From the NCBI GenBank assembly GCA_016840035.1, contig JAEOTC010000173.1, positions 1 to 15,206 on the forward strand: DNA of 15,206 nucleotides, read 5' to 3'. The position numbers and the translations under genes were made by a program. Source of the DNA: Candidatus Hodarchaeota archaeon. GTDB taxonomy: Archaea > Asgardarchaeota > Heimdallarchaeia > Hodarchaeales > Hodarchaeaceae. The notes beneath the pieces were generated by a model. The model saw only the letters and a program-made list of their open reading frames with translations. It did no database searches and was not told the DNA's origin. This document shows, piece after piece, positions 1 through 8,404 of the stretch; position 1 is the first letter of the stretch, and every line of letters begins with the position of its first letter.

Positions 1-1328
1 TCAGGGACTTGAGTCTCATCGCGCACAATTCTACCAATTATAAAGTCTATAGGCATGAAGAAGGCTCTTCCCACACCACTAATAGCAAGATCCTGTAATA
101 AAGGTCTCTCACCCGTGCTTTCAGAAATCACTTCTAAATTCAGGGCCATTTTCCCAAGGGTTTGCCCATAATTGTGTTCCATAAAGAGAGTATAAGCAAA
201 GAATAGGATAGCTGAAGGGCCAAGGCCAAATAGCCACTGAGATGGATCAGAAAGACCAAATGACCACCATCTCCAATTTTCTGTCATTAAGAAGAAAACT
301 CCGCTAATTGAGTTTGTAATAGCGCTTACTATGAAGTAATCAATTACAAAAGCCCAAAAACGAGGCCCCCACTCTGCTACTACAAGTTTTGTACCAGTAG
401 GTTCAAAGGAATCCAGTTTTGACGTCTTGGTGGCAGAATCAACGGTTTTTCTATCTTCAGAAAGAAGAATTTCCCCACATTGTGAACAGAACGTACTATC
501 TGCTTCACTAACAGATCCACAATTTGAACATTGAAGCTGATAATTAGGCGGTGATCTTTCTACTGGTGGTACACGAGTTGTCATAGCTCCTTGATAGTAA
601 CGGGTTCTAGGAACTCTTCGAGATTTTGATCGAAAACCGCTCCAAATAACGATCAATCCTAATAATGTCAATAATCCTCCAAAGACTAATAATACCCAGC
701 CAATCACATTGATAAATGGAAGTTGGGCACCTATACTGAACGTAAGATCTACTTCCGTCGGTAGAGCTGTAATTGAATTCATGATTATCAAAGAAAGAGC
801 ACCACTAGTAATATCCTCATAAGAGGGATCCCACCTAAATTCAGTTCCTGTTTCGGGTGCTACTAACCAAGTAATAGCATTTTGGTCTGGGAGTGCTAGC
901 GATGTGCCATTTTCAACGCGAGAAAACGTTATTGCAACTTCTTCGTTTTCTGATTCAGTCGGTAAACCAGAATAAAAGTTTAAATTTGTAACACGCAAAT
1001 AATCCATACTATTTAAGAAATCATCTGCTTCTGAATGTGTTGTTAATCCTAAGAAGACATCAGAATAACCTGCTCCAAACGCATTAATCTTAATCCTGAC
1101 GAAATCTGATGGGTCGATCCGAAAATCAACTTCAATGTCTTCAATTGGGATATCTAAACGTATTGCTGATACTCCCTCTTCTTGTTTATGAAAACTCTGG
1201 GACATGAAATAACCATCTTCATCGGTAAGAAAAGGTGGAACAATCAATACGCCTGTTCCGATTATAAAAATAGGGAATCCAATCATAACTATAAAGATTC
1301 CAGCTACAAGCTTTACTGTACTTGCCAT
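1..1328 (-). CDS. Membrane protein: N-terminal TM, extracytoplasmic domain, TM, C4 zinc ribbon and RDD-family domain (partial; 3' end runs off the window)
   Basis: Not in the ORF track because it has no stop in the window. Manual translation from ATG 1328 is open to base 1: MASTVKLVAGIFIVMIGFPIFIIGTGVLIVPP (TM); IGWVLLVFGGLLTLLGLIVIWSG (TM); CSNCGSVSEADSTFCSQCGE (zinc ribbon, ~530-471); AEWGPRFWAFVIDYFIV and YGQTLGKMALNLEVI (RDD signatures R-x-x-A-x-x-I-D and GQTLGK). Confidence 0.85.
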   Translation of the reverse strand, partial: MASTVKLVAGIFIVMIGFPIFIIGTGVLIVPPFLTDEDGYFMSQSFHKQEEGVSAIRLDIPIEDIEVDFRIDPSDFVRIKINAFGAGYSDVFLGLTTHSEADDFLNSMDYLRVTNLNFYSGLPTESENEEVAITFSRVENGTSLALPDQNAITWLVAPETGTEFRWDPSYEDITSGALSLIIMNSITALPTEVDLTFSIGAQLPFINVIGWVLLVFGGLLTLLGLIVIWSGFRSKSRRVPRTRYYQGAMTTRVPPVERSPPNYQLQCSNCGSVSEADSTFCSQCGEILLSEDRKTVDSATKTSKLDSFEPTGTKLVVAEWGPRFWAFVIDYFIVSAITNSISGVFFLMTENWRWWSFGLSDPSQWLFGLGPSAILFFAYTLFMEHNYGQTLGKMALNLEVISESTGERPLLQDLAISGVGRAFFMPIDFIIGRIVRDETQVP

Positions 1329-1405
1329 AATATCAATTCCATAGTTAAAACTACTTGTTTCAACCTCCGACAATCCCTAAATATATATTATGAGCTAACG
1401 GCAGT

Positions 1406-1717
1406 TTATGTGTCCAAATCCCGTGCCTTGTACTTTTTAAGGGTGTTTAATAACGCTTTTTCTACATCTATTTTGAAATAATTCGTCAAACAAAGCAAAG
1501 CAAACAATAGATCACCACTTTCTTCTTGAATCTCATCCTTAATGAAAGAGGAATCGGATGGTAAATTTTTTTCCCTTATTCCAGCAAATGTTTGTAATGC
1601 ACGTGATAATTCACCTAATTCTTCTGTTAGAGCCGAAAGAAGCCATTCGGGTTTCCAATAACCACCATGGTTATTAATGAAAGTATCAACTTCTGCCGCT
1701 AATTCTGCTAATTCCAT
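1406..1717 (-). CDS. MazG-like (YpjD-type) nucleotide pyrophosphohydrolase
   Basis: GGYW, LTEELGELSR and EESGDLLFALLCLTN give the ExxE...ExxD metal-binding motif of all-alpha NTP pyrophosphatases. C-terminal KYKARD and 103-aa length are typical of the YpjD group. Confidence 0.88.
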   Translation of the reverse strand: MELAELAAEVDTFINNHGGYWKPEWLLSALTEELGELSRALQTFAGIREKNLPSDSSFIKDEIQEESGDLLFALLCLTNYFKIDVEKALLNTLKKYKARDLDT

Positions 1718-1831
1718 AGTTAATTCCCGTAATAATCAAAAAATTACTTTAGCACATAATAAATTATTGAAAGAAAAACTAGTTCGAAGAGCATATAAAC
1801 GCCTTTTCTGTGACAACCATGAGGTTACAGA

Positions 1832-3208
1832 ATGTCCTATGTCGAAAAAGCGTTTTGGGATTATTTGAAGTCAACACTATTCGGAGGAGTGCGGATTCTC
1901 CTATCTAGACAGTTTATTTTATTTTCTGTCATACTCTTCGTAATATCTGTTTCTACAACTGGTTTGGTTGTTATGCAAGAACAAGCGTCTGAAATTATTA
2001 CACAGGATATAATTAAACTTGCCTTCAGTCTGGAAATCAGCCTTGCTATAGGTTTTATTCTTTCTGGTCTTGTTGCTAAAAGATTAAATTTCATCTCGCG
2101 ATTGATCTTAATGTTTATCATTGTTATCATTGTTTTTGTCTTATCTGTTCTCTCCACGGGAATTGCTTTTATTAGCGATTTTATGGAATACTTTAATGAT
2201 GTTTTTCCGCTTATTGCATTTTTCTGCTGGTCTTTCTTGATACCTGTGGCCTCGTTTGCCTTTGCGAAAGGACTTTTCTCAAATAAAGTGACTGGAAGTA
2301 TTCTGTTTTTAGGAAAACCGAAAACTGAAAGAAAATCAATATTCTCAGGACTTTTAACACTTATTGCAGTATTTTCACTTGTTGGAAATGGATTAATGAT
2401 TTATTCTGGAACAATGGATTCAAGAACAAGCTATATCATTTTAGGGATTCTAGCTATTGCTGTGTCTGTTCTCATAGTATTAATAGTTCAGGGGATTCTA
2501 TTTTCTGATGATATTTTTAATTCTGTACTGGGTTTATTCTTTGTCATGATATTACCGAATCAAATAATGATTGTGTTAACCTCCATTAGTGGGTCTGAGA
2601 ACATTGTTACAAGTTTTGATTTTCTTCTTGTAGCTTTTACTCTTCTTTATAGCGCACAGAATATATCACGTAGAATTAAAGTCAAGGGAGTTACGGTAGA
2701 TGAATCAGGACAGCTTAGTAACATCAAAAACGATGATCCGTTTAGAATAGGGCGTTTTGTAGGATTTGTGGGTGGAGAAGGGATAGTTCTCATCTACTTG
2801 GGGCTTGCACTGGGGTTTCATTTGATTCAATTACAGATTCTAAATGGAACTGCGGAAATTTATCAGGATTTATTTGCAGATCTAAGTTTTTCCGAGGCGT
2901 ATCATGATATTACTTCAATTTTCTCGTTTCTAATATTCGGTATAGTTACCTTGACATATTTCCTTCAACGAGGACGAGGATACTGGGAAGCAGACATTCT
3001 TAGACTTGATTTTTTGCCCCCCTATGATGATTTAAAGGATTATATGGAACGAATAAAAAGTGGTGAGATATCAAAGACTGACATTGCTCTAACCGTTGGT
3101 AAAAAAGTCGGAAAAGGTGCAGTTAGTGCGGGAAGTTCCGGAATATTTTCTGCTGCTAAGATGTTCAGGGATAAAATATTCAGAGATTCAGATAAGAAAG
3201 AAAAATGA
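1832..3208 (+). CDS. Uncharacterised polytopic membrane protein (~10 hydrophobic segments)
   Basis: 458-aa ORF with GAGGT RBS at 1821-1825, many long hydrophobic stretches and a charged C-terminal tail. No family motif recognised. Confidence 0.8.
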   Translation: MSYVEKAFWDYLKSTLFGGVRILLSRQFILFSVILFVISVSTTGLVVMQEQASEIITQDIIKLAFSLEISLAIGFILSGLVAKRLNFISRLILMFIIVIIVFVLSVLSTGIAFISDFMEYFNDVFPLIAFFCWSFLIPVASFAFAKGLFSNKVTGSILFLGKPKTERKSIFSGLLTLIAVFSLVGNGLMIYSGTMDSRTSYIILGILAIAVSVLIVLIVQGILFSDDIFNSVLGLFFVMILPNQIMIVLTSISGSENIVTSFDFLLVAFTLLYSAQNISRRIKVKGVTVDESGQLSNIKNDDPFRIGRFVGFVGGEGIVLIYLGLALGFHLIQLQILNGTAEIYQDLFADLSFSEAYHDITSIFSFLIFGIVTLTYFLQRGRGYWEADILRLDFLPPYDDLKDYMERIKSGEISKTDIALTVGKKVGKGAVSAGSSGIFSAAKMFRDKIFRDSDKKEK

Positions 3209-3222
3209 GGGGAGAATCCCCT
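3208..3222. terminator. Putative bidirectional terminator hairpin between convergent genes
   Basis: AGGGGA-GAA-TCCCCT spans the 12-bp gap between two convergent stops. T-rich tracts follow on both strands (AGTTTTTATTTT on +, CATTTTTCTTTCTT on -). Confidence 0.55.
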
Positions 3223-4054
3223 AGTTTTTATTTTCGAATTCAGATGTCGAATAAGTACTTGTACTACCCTTTGAAATGATATTGTGTTTATGAATGGATT
3301 CTAATGATGTAGTGATTGCCTTTATCTCTAGTTTTGACTCCTTAAACTTCTGTACTGCATTTATTAACAAATTTCTTGTGACATCTTCGACGAAAAGAGG
3401 ATTTTCATGCATACGATCCACTACCCACTGTTCATCTTCTTGTTTAAGTAAAGAAAAAGAGGGTGCTGAAAAACTCTCATCAAGAATTTTACTAATTATT
3501 TCCATATCAGGGATTTCTGAAGTCTTTCCTTTCAAAGTAAGTTCAGCGTATGCTCTCTGGATGTGGGTTCTATTTAATGGATTATTTACTTGGGCATGAG
3601 GGCATGCTGTGCTGCCAGAAGTGCCTAATGAGAGTTCGTGTATTATTGATCCGCTTTTCCATTTTGTAACAAGTCGTCCTTGATAATTCTCCATTGAATT
3701 TCGTTTTGAAACAGGAGTAAGTCTTGGAGTAAAAAATTCAAAGGTTAAAGTAATCATACCTCTCTCAAATGGATGTCGGGAATTTAATTCCTGAAGGACT
3801 TGAATAGACATCTCTTCTAAGGAGAAAAACGAGTCAGTTTTACTCGATAATATTTCTGAAATTGATTCAATAAATCTTGACATATGAGCTCCCTTTTTTG
3901 AGGGCGGTAGGTCAATTACAACCTTGATATTTGTCGTATATCGATAAATTTTAGTTCCTCTGGTGATAGATATTTGAGTTCGAAAATCTGTGATTCCTAC
4001 TTCATCCAAGGATAGTTGTACATCTGGAAACTGATCTTGTGTTTCTAAATTCAT
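3221..4054 (-). CDS. mptA: GTP cyclohydrolase, FolE2/MptA (GCHY-1, type IB/IV) family
   Basis: VGI, DLP..KKGAHMSRF, TACPHA, THIQR, LLKQEDE, NPLFVED and ESIHKHN are the family motifs in the expected order. GAGGT RBS at 4064-4068 (-). MptA versus FolE2 product specificity cannot be settled by eye. Confidence 0.9.
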   Translation of the reverse strand: MNLETQDQFPDVQLSLDEVGITDFRTQISITRGTKIYRYTTNIKVVIDLPPSKKGAHMSRFIESISEILSSKTDSFFSLEEMSIQVLQELNSRHPFERGMITLTFEFFTPRLTPVSKRNSMENYQGRLVTKWKSGSIIHELSLGTSGSTACPHAQVNNPLNRTHIQRAYAELTLKGKTSEIPDMEIISKILDESFSAPSFSLLKQEDEQWVVDRMHENPLFVEDVTRNLLINAVQKFKESKLEIKAITTSLESIHKHNIISKGSTSTYSTSEFENKN

Positions 4055-4234
4055 GAATAAACAACCTCAAATTCAAATGAGATATCAGAATAATATCTTT
4101 GGGAGTTAAAAGCTTCAATACTATTTTATTTTAACCCGTGTAATTTCAGAGAAAAAAACCCCTTAAATACTAGTTGTAGCAGAAAAAGGCTAATAAGCGA
4201 CTGCTTAAATGCGTATCGAAGGAGATACTTAACA

Positions 4235-5080
4235 ATGAAAATAATTGGAGTATTAGGCGCAGGAATAATGGGGAATGGAATAGCTCAAGCATCAGCAATA
4301 GCTGGATATGATGTAATTTTGTATGATATTGATCAGAAATTTATTGATCGTGGTTTAGGGGAAATAAAGAAGTCACTAACTCGAATGGTTAAGAAAGATA
4401 AGCTCTCCGAGAGTGATATCCCCGAGATCTTAGGAAGAATTACATCTTCACTTGACTTGAATGATTTTAAACCAAGTGACTTGATCATTGAAGCAATCCC
4501 CGAGAATATAGCACTGAAAAAAGAAACCTACAACAAACTGGATTCCATATGCTCTGCCAAATGTATTTTCGCATCCAATACTTCTGCAATTAGTATAACT
4601 GATTTAGCTTCGAAACTCCCAGAGAAACGCCAAAAAAGATTTATTGGCTTACATTTTTTTAACCCCGTTTCGATGATGAAGCTTGTAGAAGTAATTCGAG
4701 GTGAAAGGACCTCGGATAGTACGTGTGATGAATCTTTAGCTTATTGCAAGAAAATTGGGAAGGAAACTGTAATAATAAATGATTTACCAGGATTTGCGAC
4801 AACACGTCTTGTTTCAGCGGTTATTAATGAAGGTGTATATATGTTACAGGATGGGTTAGGATCACCGGAAGAAATTGATAAAGCTATCAAGCTCGGTCTT
4901 GCTCATCCAATGGGACCACTATTCTTGGCAGATTTGATTGGTTTAGATACTATTCTCCATATACTAGATTATCTGAAAGACGAATTAGGAGTAAAATTCC
5001 AAGCTGCACCTCTTTTAAGAAAAATGGTGCGAGCTGGAAAGCTCGGGCGTAAATCAGGAGAAGGATTCTATGAATATTAA
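4235..5080 (+). CDS. hbd: 3-hydroxybutyryl-CoA / 3-hydroxyacyl-CoA dehydrogenase
   Basis: Rossmann GAGIMG, EAIPE, ASNTS, catalytic GLHFFNPV...LVE, PGF, HPMGP...DLIGLD and C-terminal GKLGRKSGEGFY. AAGGAG RBS upstream. Confidence 0.95.
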   Translation: MKIIGVLGAGIMGNGIAQASAIAGYDVILYDIDQKFIDRGLGEIKKSLTRMVKKDKLSESDIPEILGRITSSLDLNDFKPSDLIIEAIPENIALKKETYNKLDSICSAKCIFASNTSAISITDLASKLPEKRQKRFIGLHFFNPVSMMKLVEVIRGERTSDSTCDESLAYCKKIGKETVIINDLPGFATTRLVSAVINEGVYMLQDGLGSPEEIDKAIKLGLAHPMGPLFLADLIGLDTILHILDYLKDELGVKFQAAPLLRKMVRAGKLGRKSGEGFYEY

Positions 5081-5211
5081 CCAGTAACTTACAGATTAGT
5101 TTCCCCCTCTCATATTTTCATAGTAAAATTTTTACTCTAGCAATTCAACAAATAGCCAAAACCATCACATTCTTTAAGGTGCTTCATTAAAGATAATGTA
5201 AGGGAATATTT

Positions 5212-6903
5212 ATGGAGTTTCCGAAAGTAATTAGTGTTTATTCACGAACTTCAAGTGTTGGAAAGCAAACCCTTGCTCTTAATATCTTCTTATCATATGC
5301 AAAGACTAATCCCGGAACAAGAATATTAATTGTTGACTTTTCTTTAACAGAAAAACTGCGATATAGTCTTTCAAAATATGGAAAGTCACATTTTAGTAGT
5401 CTCGAATTCCTGAGTGAAATTTCTGATGATATCTTAGTTAACGAATCTCTGCTCCTAGATGAGGAAGAAAATCAAGGATCTTTTGTCAGAGTACTTCCCT
5501 CTGCGGGGTGTCAACTCAATGAAAATGGGCTTCCAGCAAAAATTAAGCATCGGGTAAACTCCTTATTTTTTAAAGATTTGATAGACATATTAGTTTTTAT
5601 CATTCCTACATCCTTGGAACAGAATTCAATTACAATGGCGACCCTTCTCGAAAGCGAAATGGTTTGGTTTATATCTACAGATAAATTCCCCTCGATTAAC
5701 TTAACTAGAACTTCAATTCAAAACTTCTTCCATTTTCTCACCGTACCAACATTATTGATAGTTAATATGATTAATCCCCCTGTTATCTTAGAGAAGGTTG
5801 AAAGCTTCTTAAAAAGCTTAGAAAATAGAGTACGCGGGCCCATATTCTATGTTATACCATGGCTCCAAGATATTCATAGTTTTACAAATAAAGGAGTTTT
5901 TGGAATAGAAAACCCCTCCTCTGGAGTAAATACAATATTTTCTGATTTTGTACTGAAATTGAAAGATGCCGTCGAAATCAGAAATCTAGGATTGGTGAAA
6001 CCTCAATCTATTACTTCTCCGCAGGCCTTGTTTATGACCGATAGATATTCTGGTACAACGATGTACTATCATTTTTTCGGCAAAGCTCAAGATGAAATGA
6101 AGAACCCTGCTCTAATTACAGCCGCATTGAGTGGGATTGCCCATATGATATCCGAAACTGCAGGGAGACAAGGAGACCTTAGGGGTATAGATAATGGTAA
6201 CTCCTATATCGATTTTCAGTATGGAAAAAACATAATTGGAATTCTTTACAGCACGAAAGAAGATAATACACTTTCAAATTTATTGCTATCCTTTACAAAA
6301 CGTTTTGAAAAGGATTTTAAGGAAGAGTTGATTGATTTCTCAAATACTGGCTCTATTGGGGGTTTTGTCAAAGCTAAGTCGCTTATCGATTCAGTATTTG
6401 AGGATTGGATATTCGAGATCAATACTGTTAACTCACAGCTCCGTGAAAACATAATAAACTATCAAGAGAACACTCAACAATCGAAGGTTGATCCTGAGGA
6501 AACCTTTCAAAATTATGTGACAGAAAATATCTCAGACTCTACTATCCACGAATTACTCTACTATGAGTTTACTACATCACACAATCAAAGACACGAATTT
6601 CTGCTGAATTTGGGGATAAATCCGAGATTAAAAAAACTTAGTATTGAGGAAGAAACTGGAAGTTCTCTTTGTGCTTGTACAGAACCACCAAAATATGTAC
6701 AGATACAGGGATTTGATGCGTTAGGATTACTCGACCTTCCAGAGAAGCTTCGCCCGACTGCAAGAGCATTATTCGCATCAAAAACATTAACTCCAGAATC
6801 AGCGGCAAAAATCACCTTCCGAGACCAAAATACCGAGTTGGAAGTTCTTGAGGAGCTAACAAGACTTGGATATGTACGAAAAATAACTCCAAATATCGGT
6901 TGA
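5212..6903 (+). CDS. Multidomain protein: degenerate MinD/ParA-like domain (aa ~1-255), longin-like domain (aa ~270-397) and C-terminal winged HTH (aa ~506-558)
   Basis: KVISVYSRTSSVGKQTLALN, RILIVDFS, VLPS, LIVNMI and VIPW follow the MinD/ParA motif order. ALFMTDRYSGTTMYYHFF...PALITAALSGIAHMISE...LRGIDNG...IIGILYS...FTKRFEKDF has the bb-a-bbb-aa longin pattern. LLDLPEKLRPTARAL...LTPESAAKITFR...LEELTRLGYVRK is a wHTH. Confidence 0.75.
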   Translation: MEFPKVISVYSRTSSVGKQTLALNIFLSYAKTNPGTRILIVDFSLTEKLRYSLSKYGKSHFSSLEFLSEISDDILVNESLLLDEEENQGSFVRVLPSAGCQLNENGLPAKIKHRVNSLFFKDLIDILVFIIPTSLEQNSITMATLLESEMVWFISTDKFPSINLTRTSIQNFFHFLTVPTLLIVNMINPPVILEKVESFLKSLENRVRGPIFYVIPWLQDIHSFTNKGVFGIENPSSGVNTIFSDFVLKLKDAVEIRNLGLVKPQSITSPQALFMTDRYSGTTMYYHFFGKAQDEMKNPALITAALSGIAHMISETAGRQGDLRGIDNGNSYIDFQYGKNIIGILYSTKEDNTLSNLLLSFTKRFEKDFKEELIDFSNTGSIGGFVKAKSLIDSVFEDWIFEINTVNSQLRENIINYQENTQQSKVDPEETFQNYVTENISDSTIHELLYYEFTTSHNQRHEFLLNLGINPRLKKLSIEEETGSSLCACTEPPKYVQIQGFDALGLLDLPEKLRPTARALFASKTLTPESAAKITFRDQNTELEVLEELTRLGYVRKITPNIG

Positions 6904-7054
6904 AAGAAAAAAACACTAATCAAATGAAATTTCTCAAGTAATTTCCATATCGTCTTAGCATCAGATGATATATATGTGCTAGAAGAAAGAAGAGTCTAAA
7001 CTGATTTATAACAGTCATACTTTCTAAAACGTGTAAAACAAGGTGAAAAAAGAG

Positions 7055-7789
7055 TTGGCTAGACAACACACGGACTATGCTAGTGTCAAGGTCGAAGATA
7101 TGATTAAAAAACGTCGAGTTTCCCCTGAACAGGACTATGAGAAGATAATTAAGAATAAAAGTCTTGTTCAAGAAATTCTTGGAAGAGTTCGTGGCAGTGA
7201 AGTAAGTAAACCAGAGCTCGAATCGACAATTAAATGGCTTGAGAGAGTATCAAAGTACATCCCAATAGCAGCTGACAAGCAATTAGAAGAGATTGTAAAA
7301 ATCATGGTTTTGCTAAGTAAAGAAAGAGCGAAACTAAATGAACTCTACGATAAACCAGGTTTAGACTTAATGAAACGCGTTCGAGAAGGAATGATTCGTT
7401 ACATGGTTGTGTTAAGCGAGCTTAGAGCTGAAAGAAATGAGTATCTAGAGCATTGGTTCACTGATGAATATTGGATTAGTGAATGGAGTCGGGTACTGCT
7501 AGATTTAGCACCTGATAACAATATGATTAAGTATGGATTCGACGATATAAAAGCAAAAGACTTTTTATTTCTTTTAGAGCTAGAACTTGCCGCTGCTGAC
7601 GATGCTTCCAGAGTTGAAAAACCTATGATTCGGTTACAACCAATTGAAAATAAGGACTCATTTTTGATCATACCAACTGAAGTTGCAGCGGAAGATTATC
7701 GACTATATGTTGACCGAATATTTAAAGGGGAAACTACTTTCACACAATGGGTAGGGGATACCTGCATTACATTAAAAATACCTAAGTAG
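7055..7789 (+). CDS. Hypothetical soluble protein, mostly helical, immediately upstream of the Rab-like GTPase
   Basis: Long charged ORF with no recognised motif. Start moved from GTG 7043, which lies inside the AGGTGA RBS (7041-7046), to TTG 7055. A TATA-like TTTATAA lies near 7003-7009. Confidence 0.75.
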   Translation: MARQHTDYASVKVEDMIKKRRVSPEQDYEKIIKNKSLVQEILGRVRGSEVSKPELESTIKWLERVSKYIPIAADKQLEEIVKIMVLLSKERAKLNELYDKPGLDLMKRVREGMIRYMVVLSELRAERNEYLEHWFTDEYWISEWSRVLLDLAPDNNMIKYGFDDIKAKDFLFLLELELAAADDASRVEKPMIRLQPIENKDSFLIIPTEVAAEDYRLYVDRIFKGETTFTQWVGDTCITLKIPK

Positions 7790-7815
7790 AATTTGATCGG
7801 AAAAAGGTGAATTAT

Positions 7816-8355
7816 ATGAGTGAAGATATTCGTTTATGGAAAATTGTCTTAGTTGGCGATGGAGCTGTTGGAAAAACATCTCTACGTAAGAGATATTTGG
7901 GTTTAGGATTTGAAACGGACTATTTAAGTACAATGGGAGCTGATTTTGCCCTTTATGATACTTCTATTGATGAAACCCAGATTAGATGGCAAATCTGGGA
8001 CTTAGCAGGCCAACCCATGTTCAAAGATGTTGTACAAGCCTATTACACAAAAATTTTTGGTGGAGTTCTAGTCTACGATGTAACACGCCGTCAAACCTTT
8101 GATAATGTTGAAAAATGGCTAAAAGATATCTGGAACAATTCTGGACGCGATAGAAATGTTCCTGTTGTCCTTCTTGCAAACAAAGTAGACTTACGTGAAG
8201 AAGGTGCGGAGACTGTTTCCACAGATGAAGGTAAGAAGCTTGCTGAAAGCCTTGGAGTTCCATTCATTGAAACTAGTGCGAAATCTGGTGAAGGGGTTGA
8301 AGCCGCGTTCAAAAAACTCGGTAAAAACATCTTAGAATTCACAAAAACGTCTTAG
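7816..8355 (+). CDS. Rab-like small GTPase (Ras superfamily), 179 aa
   Basis: G1 GDGAVGKT, G2 ST(MGADF), G3 WDLAGQ, G4 NKVD and G5 ETSAK, plus RabF-like MGADF, RWQIW, YY and LVYDVT. AGGTGA RBS at 7805-7810 favours ATG 7816 over GTG 7807. Confidence 0.95.
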   Translation: MSEDIRLWKIVLVGDGAVGKTSLRKRYLGLGFETDYLSTMGADFALYDTSIDETQIRWQIWDLAGQPMFKDVVQAYYTKIFGGVLVYDVTRRQTFDNVEKWLKDIWNNSGRDRNVPVVLLANKVDLREEGAETVSTDEGKKLAESLGVPFIETSAKSGEGVEAAFKKLGKNILEFTKTS

Positions 8356-8404
8356 AATATGCTAGCTAGAAAAGCAAGGAACGTTCAAACACTCTAGACC
8401 AAAT

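Noticed and set aside
7043-7809. GTG starts at 7043 and 7807 (also 8938 and 14844) from the ORF track
   Set aside because: At 7043, 7807 and 14844 the GTG is part of the (A/G)GTGA RBS motif, with a better-spaced TTG/ATG downstream. For 8938, an AGGAG RBS supports ATG 8860.
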